In this document: piece by piece, positions 39,606 to 52,700 of the stretch
Numbering within the stretch: the stretch's first letter is position 1
Layout of the letters: each line of letters starts with the position of its first letter
From: Eledone cirrhosa
Taxonomy: Eukaryota
Assembly (NCBI GenBank): GCA_964016885.1
Contig: OZ024741.1
Coordinates: forward strand, 183,396,001-183,460,000
Reading direction: 5' to 3'
Length of the DNA stretch: 64,000 nt
Translations under genes and position numbers: made by a program
Notes under the pieces: model-generated
Database searches by the model: none
Told to the model about the DNA's origin: nothing
Seen by the model: the letters and a program-made list of their open reading frames with translations, nothing else

Positions 39606-40700
39606 ACAGTTGCATTTATCTTGCTTTATGTTCATACGAGTTATCACCAAGTCACAACCAGTGACCTCAAGAGACAACAAGGTCCGCCATGTTCAAGAAA
39701 GAACATACATATTCACACATGCATCTTTAGTGTTTAGACTTGTGATGTACTTATATTGACAGAATCTTCCTTAGTATATGGGCAGTTCCCATTAATACTA
39801 TCTTTTGTATTTCTCCTATACGCGGGTTTCCTGGGATTTGCGATATGTAATCATTAGACCCCTTAGGTATCATTCCCAGAGCGCCTACAACCACTGGTAT
39901 TGTTTTAGTTCTCAATTTCCACATTTTTCCAATTTCTATCTCCAGGTCCTTATACTTGCTCAATTTTTCAAATGTTTTTATAGATACATTCTTGTCTATT
40001 GGAACAGACATATCAATTAGCAGGCATACCCTCTTTTGAAAGTCTTTCAATATTATATCAGGTCTGTTTGCATGTATTTTTCGGTCTGTTTGGATGCTAA
40101 AGTTCCACAAGATTGATATGTGATCTTTTTCAAGTATGGGAGGTGGTTGATGCTCCCACCAATTCTTTTGATGGGGCAGGTCAAAATGCTTACACATTAT
40201 CCAATGTATGTATTGTGCAGCTCTGTCATGCCTGTTTAGGTATTCGGTTGGAGCTATAGGACTGCACATTGAAATTATATGGTCAATGGTCTCTGGTTGT
40301 TTTTTGCATACACGGCATAATGGGCTGCACCCATTTTTTATTATGTTGGCTTGGTAATTTTTTGTTGGCAGACACTGATCTTGTGCCGATATAATCAGTC
40401 CTTCAGTCTCCGATTTCAGTCCAGAGGATGCCAACCACTGATGGGTTAAAGTTTTGTCAACATCAGGATTGTTAGCTCGCTCTGGGTATTTTCCATACAG
40501 AGGCTTTTCTTGCCATTTCTTAGCCAGTTTCTGTAGCAGTTCTTTCTTTGCAGTTACTTTTACCTGCTTTGCTTTTTCTGTGTTTTCCATTTCAGCAGTA
40601 AATGGGACTTCTGAAATTTGTAGTCCATTACTGTATGTTTGTGCATCTTTTGTAATGGAATATGATCTTTTGATGCTTTCGTGTTATTCCTTGAATCTCA
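39606..40700 (-). mobile_element. R4/Dong-clade LINE 3' fragment (CCHC finger + RLE endonuclease)
   Basis: ETEGLIISAQDQ, CRVC..ETIDHIISMC, RHD, NRPDII, EKLSKYKDL and IPVVVGALG. Confidence 0.88.
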
Positions 40701-40704
40701 GTCA

Positions 40705-40988
40705 TTGATGTTGGTTAACTGGAAAGTCCGTTGGATTGAATATCAAGCCACTACCTGCAGCCTCAGATATTCAGGACGTATCGGAGGGTTCTTGCTGTTC
40801 CAAGCAAGCATGCCTTTTGAAGCGTTCCAAAAAGCGTGAAGGGGCCGATTTTCTTTAACCATCCCTGGAAACCTTTGGAGATAGTCCCCAGTGCGCCTAT
40901 GACAATCGGGATCACTTTGACTTCATGGCAGTTCCAAATCCTTTTCACCTCCCACTTTAGGTCCTGGTATCGGTTAATTTTCTCCCTC
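40705..40988 (-). mobile_element. Second R4/Dong 3' fragment
   Basis: EKINRYQDLKWEVKRIW..VIPIVIGALG..QKACLLGTARTLRYVL, abutting (TAA)n at 40989-41032. Confidence 0.8.
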
Positions 40989-41034
<46 letters not shown>

Positions 41035-41624
41035 TATTTTATATCTACATATAATATCAAATATTGGAACTTCCATCATCGTTTTGAGAAACGTGAACTT
41101 GCTACTTCTATGCAATAACACACACTTTACAGTCAGGAAGATGATGAACCATCTCGTAGAGATCACTATTCTTGGAGAGAATCATCAAGGAGAAAATGCA
41201 TTTGTTCCGAAGATTCTTCTTACCCCTTCCTCTACCAAGCTGCCATTCAAATTCTCAAGACTTCAGTTCCCAGTTAGAGCCAGTTATGCCAAGACTATAC
41301 ATAAAGCTCAGGCTCAGAGTTTCAAAGTTGTAGAGTTGAATGCAAGAGAATTACTTTGTACCCATGTACATATGTAGGTTGTGCATAAGTGGAAACACCT
41401 AAAAATATTCATATACTATACACGAACGGTAATACGAAGAATCTGGTGTATCTGGAAGATTTTTTTATTGTTTATTTTTTGTAACACACACATACACATA
41501 CACAATGGTCTCACCTCATACTGTAAACCAGACAAACATCCAATACAGTCATTTTCTCTTCTACCTGTCTTCTCTCTTCTCTTATCATCTGTTTACCTGG
41601 GTGAAGCTGGGCAAGTCAGGTAGT

Positions 41625-41695
<71 letters not shown>

Positions 41696-41945
41696 CCGTC
41701 AAATCCCCCCCAAAATGTATACACACTTCAACAGGGGGTGGGGCTATATTGAAGACAAACTATTCCTTATATATACTAATATGTTTAAGTATATCCCTTC
41801 AATATCGTATCAGTCCACTCTGAAACAAAGAATTCATTTCTTGAATAATTGAGTGTATAGGGGCTTACCATAAATGATTTGACTTGCGATGCCTTTGTGT
41901 AAATGCAACTTCAATAAATTAACACATACACACACATATACATAT

Positions 41946-42036
<91 letters not shown>

Positions 42037-42041
42037 TATAC

Positions 42042-42090
<49 letters not shown>

Positions 42091-42155
42091 TATACACACA
42101 TATATATATAGACACACATACATATATACATATATATATTTATACATATACTTAC

Positions 42156-42188
<33 letters not shown>

Positions 42189-43394
42189 TATGTGTGAATG
42201 CGTGATGGATATATTAATTGCTGATTACTTTTATATACACACACAAATAGAGTGGGTTAGCTGAAATGAGTGCAATACCTTAATTATGAACCTTTACTCG
42301 CAAATCTATTGAAGCTGACATCTGCAATACTCTTCACAATTTACAACATCCTTTAAAAGGCATAACACAAGGAAACTCAAAGCTTAATTGAACACTTAAT
42401 ATCTTATAAATGGTTTCTAATTTAGACACATGTGGTAAGGGTGTTGGACTTACGATCATAATGTCGTGGGTTCGATTCCTTGGCTGGGTTGTATATTGTG
42501 TTCTTGAGAAAAACACTTCGTTTCATGTTGCTCCAGTATACTCAGCTGAAATTGAGTACCAGTAATAGCTGGGGGTTTAACCCTGCGATGGACAGGCGTC
42601 CTGTCCGGGGGAAGTCCTGCCTGTACTCTTAGTCGCTTCACATCATGAAACTGGGTTAAGCACCAGCCTAACAAGCCTTCTGGCTTATGACAGACTTTAG
42701 AAAGTCAATTAAATAAACCCCAGTGCATTATCGGTGCTTTATTTCATCGACCCCATAAGGATGAATGACAAAGTTAATTTTGGTACGATTTGAACACAGA
42801 ACATAAAAGGCTGTAACTCTATGCCATGTAGCATGTTGTTTGACACCCTACAAATACTACCAATCTATTATCCTCTTAAAAGTAAAGTCTGTCTTAAGCC
42901 AGAAGGCTCGTTTGGCTGGTTTTTATCCCGGTTTCATGACGGGAAGTGACTGAGAGTACAGGACTTCCCTCTGGACAGGATGCCAGTTCATTGCAAGGTT
43001 AAACCTCCAGCTATTGCTGGTACTCATTTACAGCTGAGTATACTGGGGCAACAGGAAGGAAATGAAGCGATTTTGCTCAAGAATACAACACGCAACCCAG
43101 CCCAAGAATCGAACCCACAACATTTTGATCATAAGTCCAACATCCTTATCACTAGGCCATGCACCTCAACTACCACCTTCTTAATTTTTTTAATAAACTC
43201 TATTCACAGCACTTTGTTCTTATGAAATAGCTTTTGGTGAAAGTATACTCTATCTCCTTGTGAAATGAAATAAAAAATAGTGGACTAATTTCCTCTGAAT
43301 GGCTGAAAAATAAATGTGAACTATGAGAATAAATGACAAACAATGAGATTTGATACTACATTACCGTGATGGGGATACCTAAGAGAAAGAACAC

Positions 43395-44190
43395 TGATGG
43401 TGGTGGTGGTGGTGGTGGTTGGAGTGGTTGTGACTGGCTGGTGGTGGTTGTGATTTTGGTGGTGATGGTGGACGTTCTGGTGATGATGGTGGAGAAAGAT
43501 GGTGGGGATGTTAGTGGTTGTGGTGGTAGGGGTGATGACAGATGTTGTGATGATGATGGAGAGAAAAATGGTGGGGTTGTTGGTGGTTGTGGTGGGAGGA
43601 GTGACAAAGGATGTGGTGATGATGGTGGGATGTTGGTGGTTGTGGTGGTAATGGTGATAGTAGATGTGATGATGATGGAGAGAGTGGTGGTGGTTGTGAT
43701 GATGATATGACAGTGGTAGTGGCAGTGGTGATGGTGTAGTGGTGTTTATGTTGGTGGTGGTAATGGTGGATGTTGTGCTGATGTTGGTGGTTACAGTGAT
43801 GATGATAATAATAATGGTTGTAGTGTTGATAGTGGTGGTGGGGATGGTGGTAGGAGTAGTGGTTTTGATGCTGATGGTGAAAGGGGTGGCAATGATGGGG
43901 AGAGAGAGGTGATGTCAGCAGTTTTGGTAGTGGTTTTGGTGGTAATGATGATAATGGTCGTGGTGGAGGCAGTGGTGATGGATTTGATGGTGACAGAGGT
44001 TGTAGTGGTGGTTAGAGTGATGATGATGATGATAATGAGAGTGGTGGTGGTAGTAATGGTGGACGTTGTAGTCATGATAGGGAGAGGGGTGGAGCTATTT
44101 GTGGTGATGGTGCTGACGATGATGATAATGATAAATAATGATAGTGATAATAAAAATGATGATAACAATAATGATGATGATGATGATGAT
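43395..44190. repeat. (GGT/GAT)n low-complexity region
   Basis: Directly visible degenerate trinucleotide repeats. Confidence 0.9.
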
Positions 44191-44228
44191 ATGAACAAAA
44201 TTAACAGATTAAAAAAAAATCTTTTTAC

Positions 44229-44264
44229 CTGTGCAATTTCAAGAGGGGTTTTAGCGATAGGCAT
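44229..44264 (-). CDS. ANKEF1: ANKEF1 first coding exon (MPIAKTPLEIAQ)
   Basis: ATG at 44264, 12 codons, then CAG|gtaaaa donor (phase 0). Aligns with the vertebrate ANKEF1 N-terminus as recalled (MALADKRLENLQ) and joins in frame to the exon at 34270. Candidate acceptor tacag| just upstream of 44286. Confidence 0.8.
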
Positions 44265-47200
44265 GTCTGCTAGGGAATTGAAACAGCTGTATATAAATAT
44301 ATATATATCTATATATATACCAGGATATCACGTAGAAATTCTTGTGGGTACCAAAATCCCGAAACGTCACTTTTATGTCTTCTTAGCTTTGAGTAATCTT
44401 CGAAATTGTCTGCCAAATAAGGAGAAATGACAGTAAAAACAAGAAGAACAATGACAAAAAAAAATATGAAAAGTAAAGTAATTAGGTACAAGGCCAGCAA
44501 TTTTGTAAGAAGAAAAGGGGAAAATCAATTATATCAACTCTAGTACTTGACTAGTTATTTTATCACCCTTTATCTAGGGTGATAAAGTAACTAGTTGACC
44601 TCAGCAGGATTTGAGCTCAAAATCTAAGGAACAGTACAAATACCACAAGGTATTTTGTACAAATAACAACAACAACAACAACAACAACAATAATAACAAT
44701 GATGATGATGATTTCTTTAGTAGCCACTTTGGGCTGGCATGAAAGAAAACATTAAAGATGGCACAGGATGGCATGGGATATGCAATGTGGGGTTTTCTTG
44801 AAGAAGGAGTAGAAGAAGGAGGAGGTGGATGCGAAGGAGGAGGAGGAGGAGGAGGAGAAGGAGAAGAAGAAGAAGAAGAAGAAGAAGAAGAAGAAGAAGA
44901 AGAAGAAACAGCATCAGTAGCAGCAACAACAGCAAGGATTATTACTAAATTAGAGTTTGAGCTCTAAACTGTCAATAAACAAAGCATTATTGCTCCTTAA
45001 AGTAATTAAAAAACCATCTGTATTTGTTATGCAATTTTTAACTTTAACCTAGGTTATAGAAGTCAAATTTTTACCATTTATAATAATTTATAATAATAAC
45101 TCTGTACTTAAGAAAGTTGAATCCTTGCAAATAGCCCCCATAACAATAATCATCTTCATTCTGTAAAGTTAGGGTTAATGTTAATTTCTAAATGTATAAA
45201 TAATATCTTAAGTTGAAAGTAGCAAATTTACTCGAAATTAATATATATATATATCTGTTTATAATTATCATTACCACATTTCTGACGAAATATATTGCCT
45301 ATGCTTTCAAATTCATTTTAAAAATATAAAACTTTGGAGGGACTTAGTAAATGTAAGTAAGTTTGTGTTTGGAACATACCTTAACAAAATATTCTGTGAT
45401 GGAATTTATGATGGGCAGTTTTATATCATAGAACCAGGGGCAGGATGGTATTAAAAGGGTTAAAACCTGGAGACTTTTATAATCATACTATTGAAATTAG
45501 CAATATTGATGTAAAATCCAGCTTCAAGTTTGTCAAAAATGTATCTATGCTCAGCAAGACTATAATCCAATAAGTGAAACCAGTAAAGGAATAAAAAAAT
45601 TTGTCAATAAAATTATAGTTGTTTTTAATCACTTAGAGAGGAAGGGCAGCATCCATTGCTCTTTGCAGGGCCACTAAAGCAGATAGGTGATGTTTAATTA
45701 GGCAAATAGTTATTTAGGCTGTAAGTGTGTGGTGCAGTAAATAAATATATACATATACACTAGGTCTGAACGCAAAGGAACCAAACTCCCACTGTCTCTG
45801 TCTCTGTCTCTCTTGTCCTCCTCAACTCACACTATTATGAGCAAATGGGGGCCCATGCACTGGCTGGCCCATGACCCTGGCAGACAGAATAGAGGTGTTT
45901 TCCTAGAGGATGGTGAGGGAGACATGCTGGAAGAGCCATTCAAGCTTGTGAGGCTTTTACCTGCAGGTAGCCAACTTTGTGCCAATGGTGGTGAGTAGGG
46001 AGATGACCCTAGGGCCATGGACACTAGAAGTTTCCATTGAAGTTATCCTCAAATGGGAGTTCTAACCAAAATGCTAGGTGGTGATGTTACATCACAGCAA
46101 ACCTATGGAATTCCAGCTGTTACTGTTCCATCTTTTTCTCAGGTGTAGTGTATCTAGACCTGCTTCTTCCAATGTGTCTTTCTTTTTTAAAATGGTAGTG
46201 AGAAGGATTAGTTTTGGCTGCTATTACTAGCTTCCTTCAGACAATGTATTTTGCCTACTTGACAAATACATGTTCTGGTGGTACTTCCCAGTGGAAGGTG
46301 ATTAGAGGTATGTAGAACAACCAGCATCAAGTAGTAAGAAATATACCCAGAACAGCACAGCTCCCATGACTTTCTGAAACATATTTTCACACTCAGAGTT
46401 GCAGTAGGAATGGCCAGTTATGGCTGGTTTGAACAGAAAGAGGTGAGAGAATATGGTTGGTTTAAATGCTAAAGGATTAAAAACCAGATAAATAATGAGA
46501 AAGGTAATTATATTGCTAAATTTGGGTTACTAAAAAAAATTGTTGAACATCCTGGGCAGTGTCTTTTATCTATGATAGTCCAAAATATGGATATCAATGT
46601 ATACTGGTGAGGGTGAGTGGAACAGTAAAACATATAGATATCAATATATACTGATGAGGGATGAGTGAAACAGTCTAAAATATAGATATCAGTATAAACT
46701 GATGAGTGAAGTGGAATAGTCCAAAATATAGATATTATTATATACTGAGGGGTGAGAAGAACAGATTTTCATAGGCAACACTGTCTACATTTTTCCATCT
46801 TTAGGGGTTTAGATATCCAACCTGTTTGATTATTTTATAGTCTAACCTGCATTGTAACTGCTTACAATAAACTAACATATATTTAACGTTTAATATACAT
46901 ACATACATGCATGCATGATCTCGTAACTTCTATTGAGTAGTAGGGGTGCTGTAATGGCATTTCTAGGGCATTATAAAGCCTGGCGAAGTCCATCCCTCTC
47001 CAGATCTGAATAAGCAGATTTCTTCCAGAAAAGGATAGAAAGTAAGAGAGGAAGTGAGACAGAGATACAGAGGAAGAATCAACCTCAGTACTAAACTAGT
47101 ACTTTTTTTATCGACCATGAACGGATGAATGGCAAAGTTGACCTTGGCGGGATTTGAACTCAGAGAGCAGAAAGCCAGAATGAATACTGGAAAGTATGTA

Positions 47201-47856
47201 TGTATATGTATAATCATTTTACGTCTGCTTTTGCCCTGCTTGCAAGGGTGGGATGGGAACTGATTCTGGCTTGATTTCTACAGCTGGATGCCCTTCCTAA
47301 CACCAACCTCATTTACAGAGAGTGCTGGGTGCTTTTTTGCCGTGGCACCTCCACGACCACTTTGCAGTGGAATGATAAGGACACCAGTCCCTATCATCTC
47401 ATTTCTACAGCTGAGTAAACTGGAGCAATGTGAAATAAAGTGTCTTGCTCAAGGAAACAACACATCATCCCGTCTGAGAATTGAACTCACAACCTTTCGA
47501 TTGCAAGGCCAATGCTCTAACCACTAAGCCATGTGCCTCCAGTATTCTGTCTAAAGTTCTAACGACTCCTACACATTCATACATATGTAAGTAAGTATGC
47601 GTGTATGTATGTATTCATAGATCTTCATCTTTGTCACTGCAGCTGTTTCATCCCATCATTACACTATTTTCTAACAACTATTATGTATGTCTTTTGGCTA
47701 TCAAACATAAATACACACCCACTCCTCACAAAAAACAAACATAAATGGAGAAATGCCAAAAAGAGACACAAGCATGTATGTAAGTATGTATGTGTAAACA
47801 TACATGTATTCATACACAGGCATATCTACATACATATATAAATACAAAGACACACA

Positions 47857-47897
<41 letters not shown>

Positions 47898-48055
47898 ACA
47901 CCCTTGCAAGCAGGGAGAAGCGGACGTAAAATGATGATGATGATGATGATGATAATATATATATATATAAATGCTCTGTGTATGTATGTAAACATATATA
48001 CATGTATGTATGTATATATATATATATATATATGTCGGGTCACTCTTGAGTGCTA

Positions 48056-48461
48056 CTGGTTACATGTAACCCAGTACAACCTGTTGCATGGTCGGGGTCG
48101 TCAGCGACTAAACCGGCAACCCCACCAGGACAAAAAACTGGTTACATGTAACCCAGTACAACCTGTTGCATGGTCGAGTCGTCAGCGACTAAACCGGCAA
48201 CCCCACCAGGACAAAAAACTGGTTACATGTAACCCAGTACAACCTGTTGCATGGTCGAGTCGTCAGCGACTAAACCGGCAACCCCACCAGGACAAAAAAC
48301 TGGTTACATGTAACCCAGTACAACCTGTTGCATGGTCGAGTCGTCAGCGACTAAACCGGCAACCCCACCAGGACAAAAAACTGGTTACATGTAACCCAGT
48401 ACAACCTGTTGCATGGTCGAGTCGTCAGCGACTAAACCGGCAACCCCACCAGGACAAAAAA
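48056..48461. repeat. 81-bp tandem repeat, 5 copies
   Basis: Units start at 48056 (82-bp variant), 48138, 48219, 48300 and 48381. Copies 2-5 are identical. Confidence 0.95.
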
Positions 48462-48848
48462 CAAAACCTGACAAAGGGCGGAAGAACTCATAAGAGTCAA
48501 CGGCCATCCGAAAGTGTGTAAATATGTATATACACATGTACCGCGCAGTAAAACCACTGGGAGTGAAGGACCCCTAGCCTTTGTCAGGGCATTCATCTAG
48601 GAGAAGGCAACTCAGGAAACTGGGATTACTCCGATATAAAATCTGCGGCTCAGTAGTTACCGATGATGTTGATCTTTTCTTCTTTTCAGGTTATAGCTAC
48701 TGTCACTCAGAGAGTGGGATTGGCTCAGTGCACAGTCTTTCCTCACTTTAAAAATATTCTCCACGCACAGGCATTGCGCGATAGAATTAATTAATAATTA
48801 TTAATAATGGTATATTGTGCAATGGCCATACTCGATAACGAGGGGGCA

Positions 48849-48900
<52 letters not shown>

Positions 48901-49114
48901 CAGTATATTAATAAATGAAGACATTCACATAATCAAAATATATGTTTCATTATAGATATTTTGAACGTACTGTGCTGTTTTTTCAGTATGTCCTCATCAG
49001 ATAAAATACATGAATTTTGAGGAGTAGAATAAACTATAGTTTGGTAGTTTTGTAATTCTAGTTCAAAAGTAATTAGGACAATGGGATTGATGAGTTAATA
49101 TCTGTATACAACAA

Positions 49115-49425
49115 CTACAACGGTACGCAATGGGGCTCACCCACAGCCCCGGCGGAGGCATTTCCCCGGAGGACAGCAAGGGAGACGCGCTGGAAAAGCC
49201 ACTCCAACTCGCGGGGCTCACAGCTGCGGCTGACCAGCTCAGCGCCTATGGTGGTGAGTAAGGAGGTAGCCCTGGGACTGAGGACACCAGAAGTCTCCAC
49301 TGCCAGGGGTACGATCGCAAACCTGTCGGAGAGCGACCTGTATTTGAGGAGTTTGGCCCCCTCAGCCCGACGTGCAGCAGAACCTGGGTCAGTCGCAGAC
49401 TGCACCAGGTTGCGGCTGCAGGGGA
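49115..49425 (-). mobile_element. CRE-clade LINE 3' fragment (RLE endonuclease C-terminus)
   Basis: AARRAEGAKLLKYRSL..FAIVPLAVETSG..WLFQRVSLAVLRGNA is the typical CRE C-terminus. Confidence 0.8.
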
Positions 49426-49985
49426 CTGACACTCCAAATTCACTATTCTCCTTTTACTTTGCTCCATTTTTCAAGTTAAATGACACGATGGTTCAGTTAG
49501 ATTCAAATATTGTAAGCGCGTCCATTGAGAATATCGTTACGGTGTTTGTGAAAATGTAAAACAAATATTTATATCCCAGACAGAAATGTTAACTTTTATT
49601 TCTATATACTTATTTTATATAATTGTCTGCTGGTGGATTTTGTATTTCGCTCTATATCTTCACCATTAACAAGAGGAAGGCAACGACGACAACAGTGTCA
49701 TTAACAACAACACATCTACCATTAACAAGAGGAAGCCAACCTCAGCATCAGTGACTCACCTCCAGCCACTAGGTTCTATGACAAACTGCTAAGTTGCTCG
49801 CATGTGTGTCTGCTGAACTCTGGGTCTTTCCGCTGGGAGCAACCCCTTGTTTTCTCCCTCCCCCCTTTTTTTGTGTACATCCATCCTTTCACTCATTCAT
49901 TTCCTACCATTCTACCTTCCTGTGTCTCCCCCTCCATGCAGCCGCTTCTTTTCTCTCTTGTTTTCTGGCACCTCCATATATATAG

Positions 49986-51612
49986 GTGAGCCATGAGGCC
50001 CTCTTACCAGCACTTTCCCTTTCATCCACACACGCCAGCAACCCACCCTTTATGCCGCTCGATGCCCCAGTCCCCAGCCCCACGGCCCATCCCCTACACC
50101 TCCAAACCGACACCTGCAGCACTTGCAGCACCTCTAACAAACGGAAGTGGGGCCGGTACTGTTTGGGGTGCGGCTGCTTCCACCACCTCACCTGCGTTGG
50201 CTTAACTCGTCGAGCTTCCAATGCCCTCACAGCGTGGAGATGCAGGATCTGCCTCTTCCCCACATCTTCCCAGCCACGACCATCTGGCACACCACCAGAT
50301 GGGACAGCGAGCTTGCCTGACGCCCGAGCCTCGCTGGTCAACATCGCTCGGCTCAGGAAGATCCCACTCAGGATCCCAAGAGCGGCACAGGTGCCGGTAG
50401 CCGATGCCCTCGCTTCCTCAATTGAGAACGCCCTGGACTCCAATCGAGCCAGTGACTGGGAGCGGCTGTTCTATTTTGCCACACTCGCCCTTGGCCTCCC
50501 CAGCTCTGGCACTGACCAGGGCGGCCGGTCAACAGCAGCCTTCGTCAAGGCCAATGATTCGTCCTTTGGGCGAGCACCCATTCCAAGCATGCCCAGGGAC
50601 TCCACACACCCAACCCTCAGGTACCCCCTATCCTCCACTCCCTAGGCCAGCGCCAAGCGTTTGCGTGACCAGGTAAACGCCAAGCTTATCATGGGTGTTG
50701 TCTCGGCCGCAGTCAGAGTTGTTGCCTCAGAGGACACTGTCCTCCAACCCACCGAGGAGGTCCTGGCTGCTCTGCGACTCAAACACCCTGAGCCACCCAC
50801 TGATCTCAGACCCATATCCCCACCCGACCCCCACTTGCTCCTTGTGGCTACTGATGCAGACATCATGTCCGCCATCAGGTCCTTCCTAGCTAGCAGCTGC
50901 GGAGGTGTTGATGGTCTCCGACCAGGCCCCCTCAAGGAGTTGACATCACCCCTCTCCGCTGAGGCGGGCACCGCCTTCTGAGTGCAATTGTGGCACTCAC
51001 CAATAGGCTCATCCATGGAGTCCTGGACCCTTACGCCCGAGGTCTCTTTTTTTCGGCCAGCCTCACTGCTCTCAGGAAGAGAGAGGGTGGCATACGCCCC
51101 ATTGCTGTGGGCAATGTCTTCCGGAGGCTGGCTGCCAAGGTGATCTGCAAGTCCGTCACACACGAACTGGGTGAGGAGTTTAGTCCGGTGCAACTGGGTG
51201 TCGGCGTGTCCGGTGGCTGTGAGGGGGCCGCTCATGCAACCAGGCAGTTCTTCAACAGCTGCTCATCGGTACCGGCACCCAGGGACACCAGGCACCTCAT
51301 TTTCAAGCTTGACATGAGGAATGCCTTCAACTCTTTACGCCGGGATCATCTGCTCGAGGCCTGCCTCAGCCGAGCCCCCTCTGCCTACCCACTGGCCTAC
51401 CTGTCATATGGAGCCCCGAGCCTGCTCCTTGCTGCTGATACGGTCATACCCTCGCCTACTGGGGTCCAACAGGGCGACCCTTTGGGACCCCTCCTGTTCA
51501 CCCTTGGCATTGACCACATCGCTCGGAGTATCACGGCCCCTCTCAACGTTTGGTATCTGAATGATGCTACGTTGGGCGGGCCCGTACGGACGGTCTGCCA
51601 TGACCTCAACTG
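49986..51612 (+). mobile_element. CRE-clade LINE 5' part (PHD finger + RT), 3'-truncated
   Basis: C4HC3 finger at 50115-50252. LRLKHP, GGVDGLRP, GGIRPIAVGNVFRRLAAK, QLGVG, LDMRNAFNSL, GVQQGDPLGPLLF and WYLND follow. GC-rich relative to the host, with frameshifts. Confidence 0.85.
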
Positions 51613-52032
51613 TCTTGATGGTTCAATTCCAGTCTTGGCAGTGATTTATTACAACAAGTCTCAACATTTATAAACCACAAATCATAACATGATAAACTTA
51701 AATTTAATGAAGAAGAGGATGTGGAGTGAGATATGGGTATAAGGAGGGGGGGGGTGAGAATGAGGACGTGCAAGAAGAAAATAAATAAATACATACATAC
51801 ATAAATATTTAAATGCATAAATAGATGTATTAGGGAAGAAAAAGGAAGAGAGAGAGAGAGATAGAAGAGAGAAGAATAAAGAAATAACGGCAAAAAAGAA
51901 AGAGACATGATGTGTGACCGTTGCTTTCAAATATTAAGTCAAATTGAGGCGACCAATTAAATACCATGAAATTTTTTAATATCAATCTTTGGTTATATAT
52001 ATATATGAAATTTTTTTATATTAATCTTTGGT

Positions 52033-52072
<40 letters not shown>

Positions 52073-52139
52073 CATAGTAAAACCTACTACAGCCAGTAGG
52101 CATCCCTAACAAAATACACCCCCGTCCCACCACCCACAC

Positions 52140-52700
52140 CCCATCCACACCACCCACTCCTATGTAAAGTTATGTTGGTGCCACAACATCCAGGCCGAAA
52201 CAAATGAGATCGTGTAGGTGTCACGACAAAAAAACACACAGTCCACGCTGTAATGTGGCCGTGTAGGCAACACGGTAAAAACCTCCCAGTCCCACACTGT
52301 AAATGTGGTTGGTGTTAGGAAGGGCATCCAACTGTAGAAAACCTGCCAGACAGTCCTATGCGAGCAAGACAATCACTCTTGCCTCAAGTGGGAATACCCC
52401 AGTCCAAACCCATGCAAGCGTGGAACACGGACGTTAAACGTTGATGATGATGATGATGATGATGATATCATCATCATCATCATCATCGTTTAACGTCCAT
52501 TTTCCACGCTAGCATGGGTTAGACGGGAGTTGTCCCACTTGAGACGAGGCTGGTCGGGTGACCGTGTCTCGCTCATATAGGACTATCTGGCAGGTTTTCT
52601 ACGGCTGGATGCCCTTCCTAACACCAACCACATTTACAGTGTGGAACTGGGAACTTTTTACCATGTTACCTACACGACCACATTACAGCGTGGACTGTGT
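52140..52700. mobile_element. Two RTE 3'UTR fragments, tail-to-tail
   Basis: A plus copy ending in (gat)n directly abuts the (atc)n of a minus copy at about 52466. Confidence 0.8.

Larger units (their letters stand above)
37740..41626 (+). mobile_element. Helitron remnant interrupted by nested LINEs
   Basis: 5' tc..atatatataaaag..ctgtctgtttgtc..aacagctcaacc. PIF1-helicase C-terminal remnant at 41084-41377 (LPFKFSRLQFPVRASYAKTIHKAQAQS). 3' hairpin cctgggtgaagctggg...gtag. Confidence 0.6.

Noticed and set aside
41084-41377. Host PIF1 helicase gene
   Set aside because: It is a short degenerate fragment without supporting exons, bounded by Helitron-like termini.
46575-46765. Hammerhead satellite in ~45-bp tandem repeats (ctgatgagggatgagtgaaacagtc)
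   Set aside because: Stem II cannot pair, stem III has only a 1-nt loop, and the other units lack the core, so it is probably coincidental.
48056-48461. CRISPR-like array, or a 243-aa repeat protein (ORF 47790-48521)
   Set aside because: Units are contiguous and identical with no unique spacers, in a eukaryotic context. The ORF starts in microsatellite and is open only because 81 is a multiple of 3.
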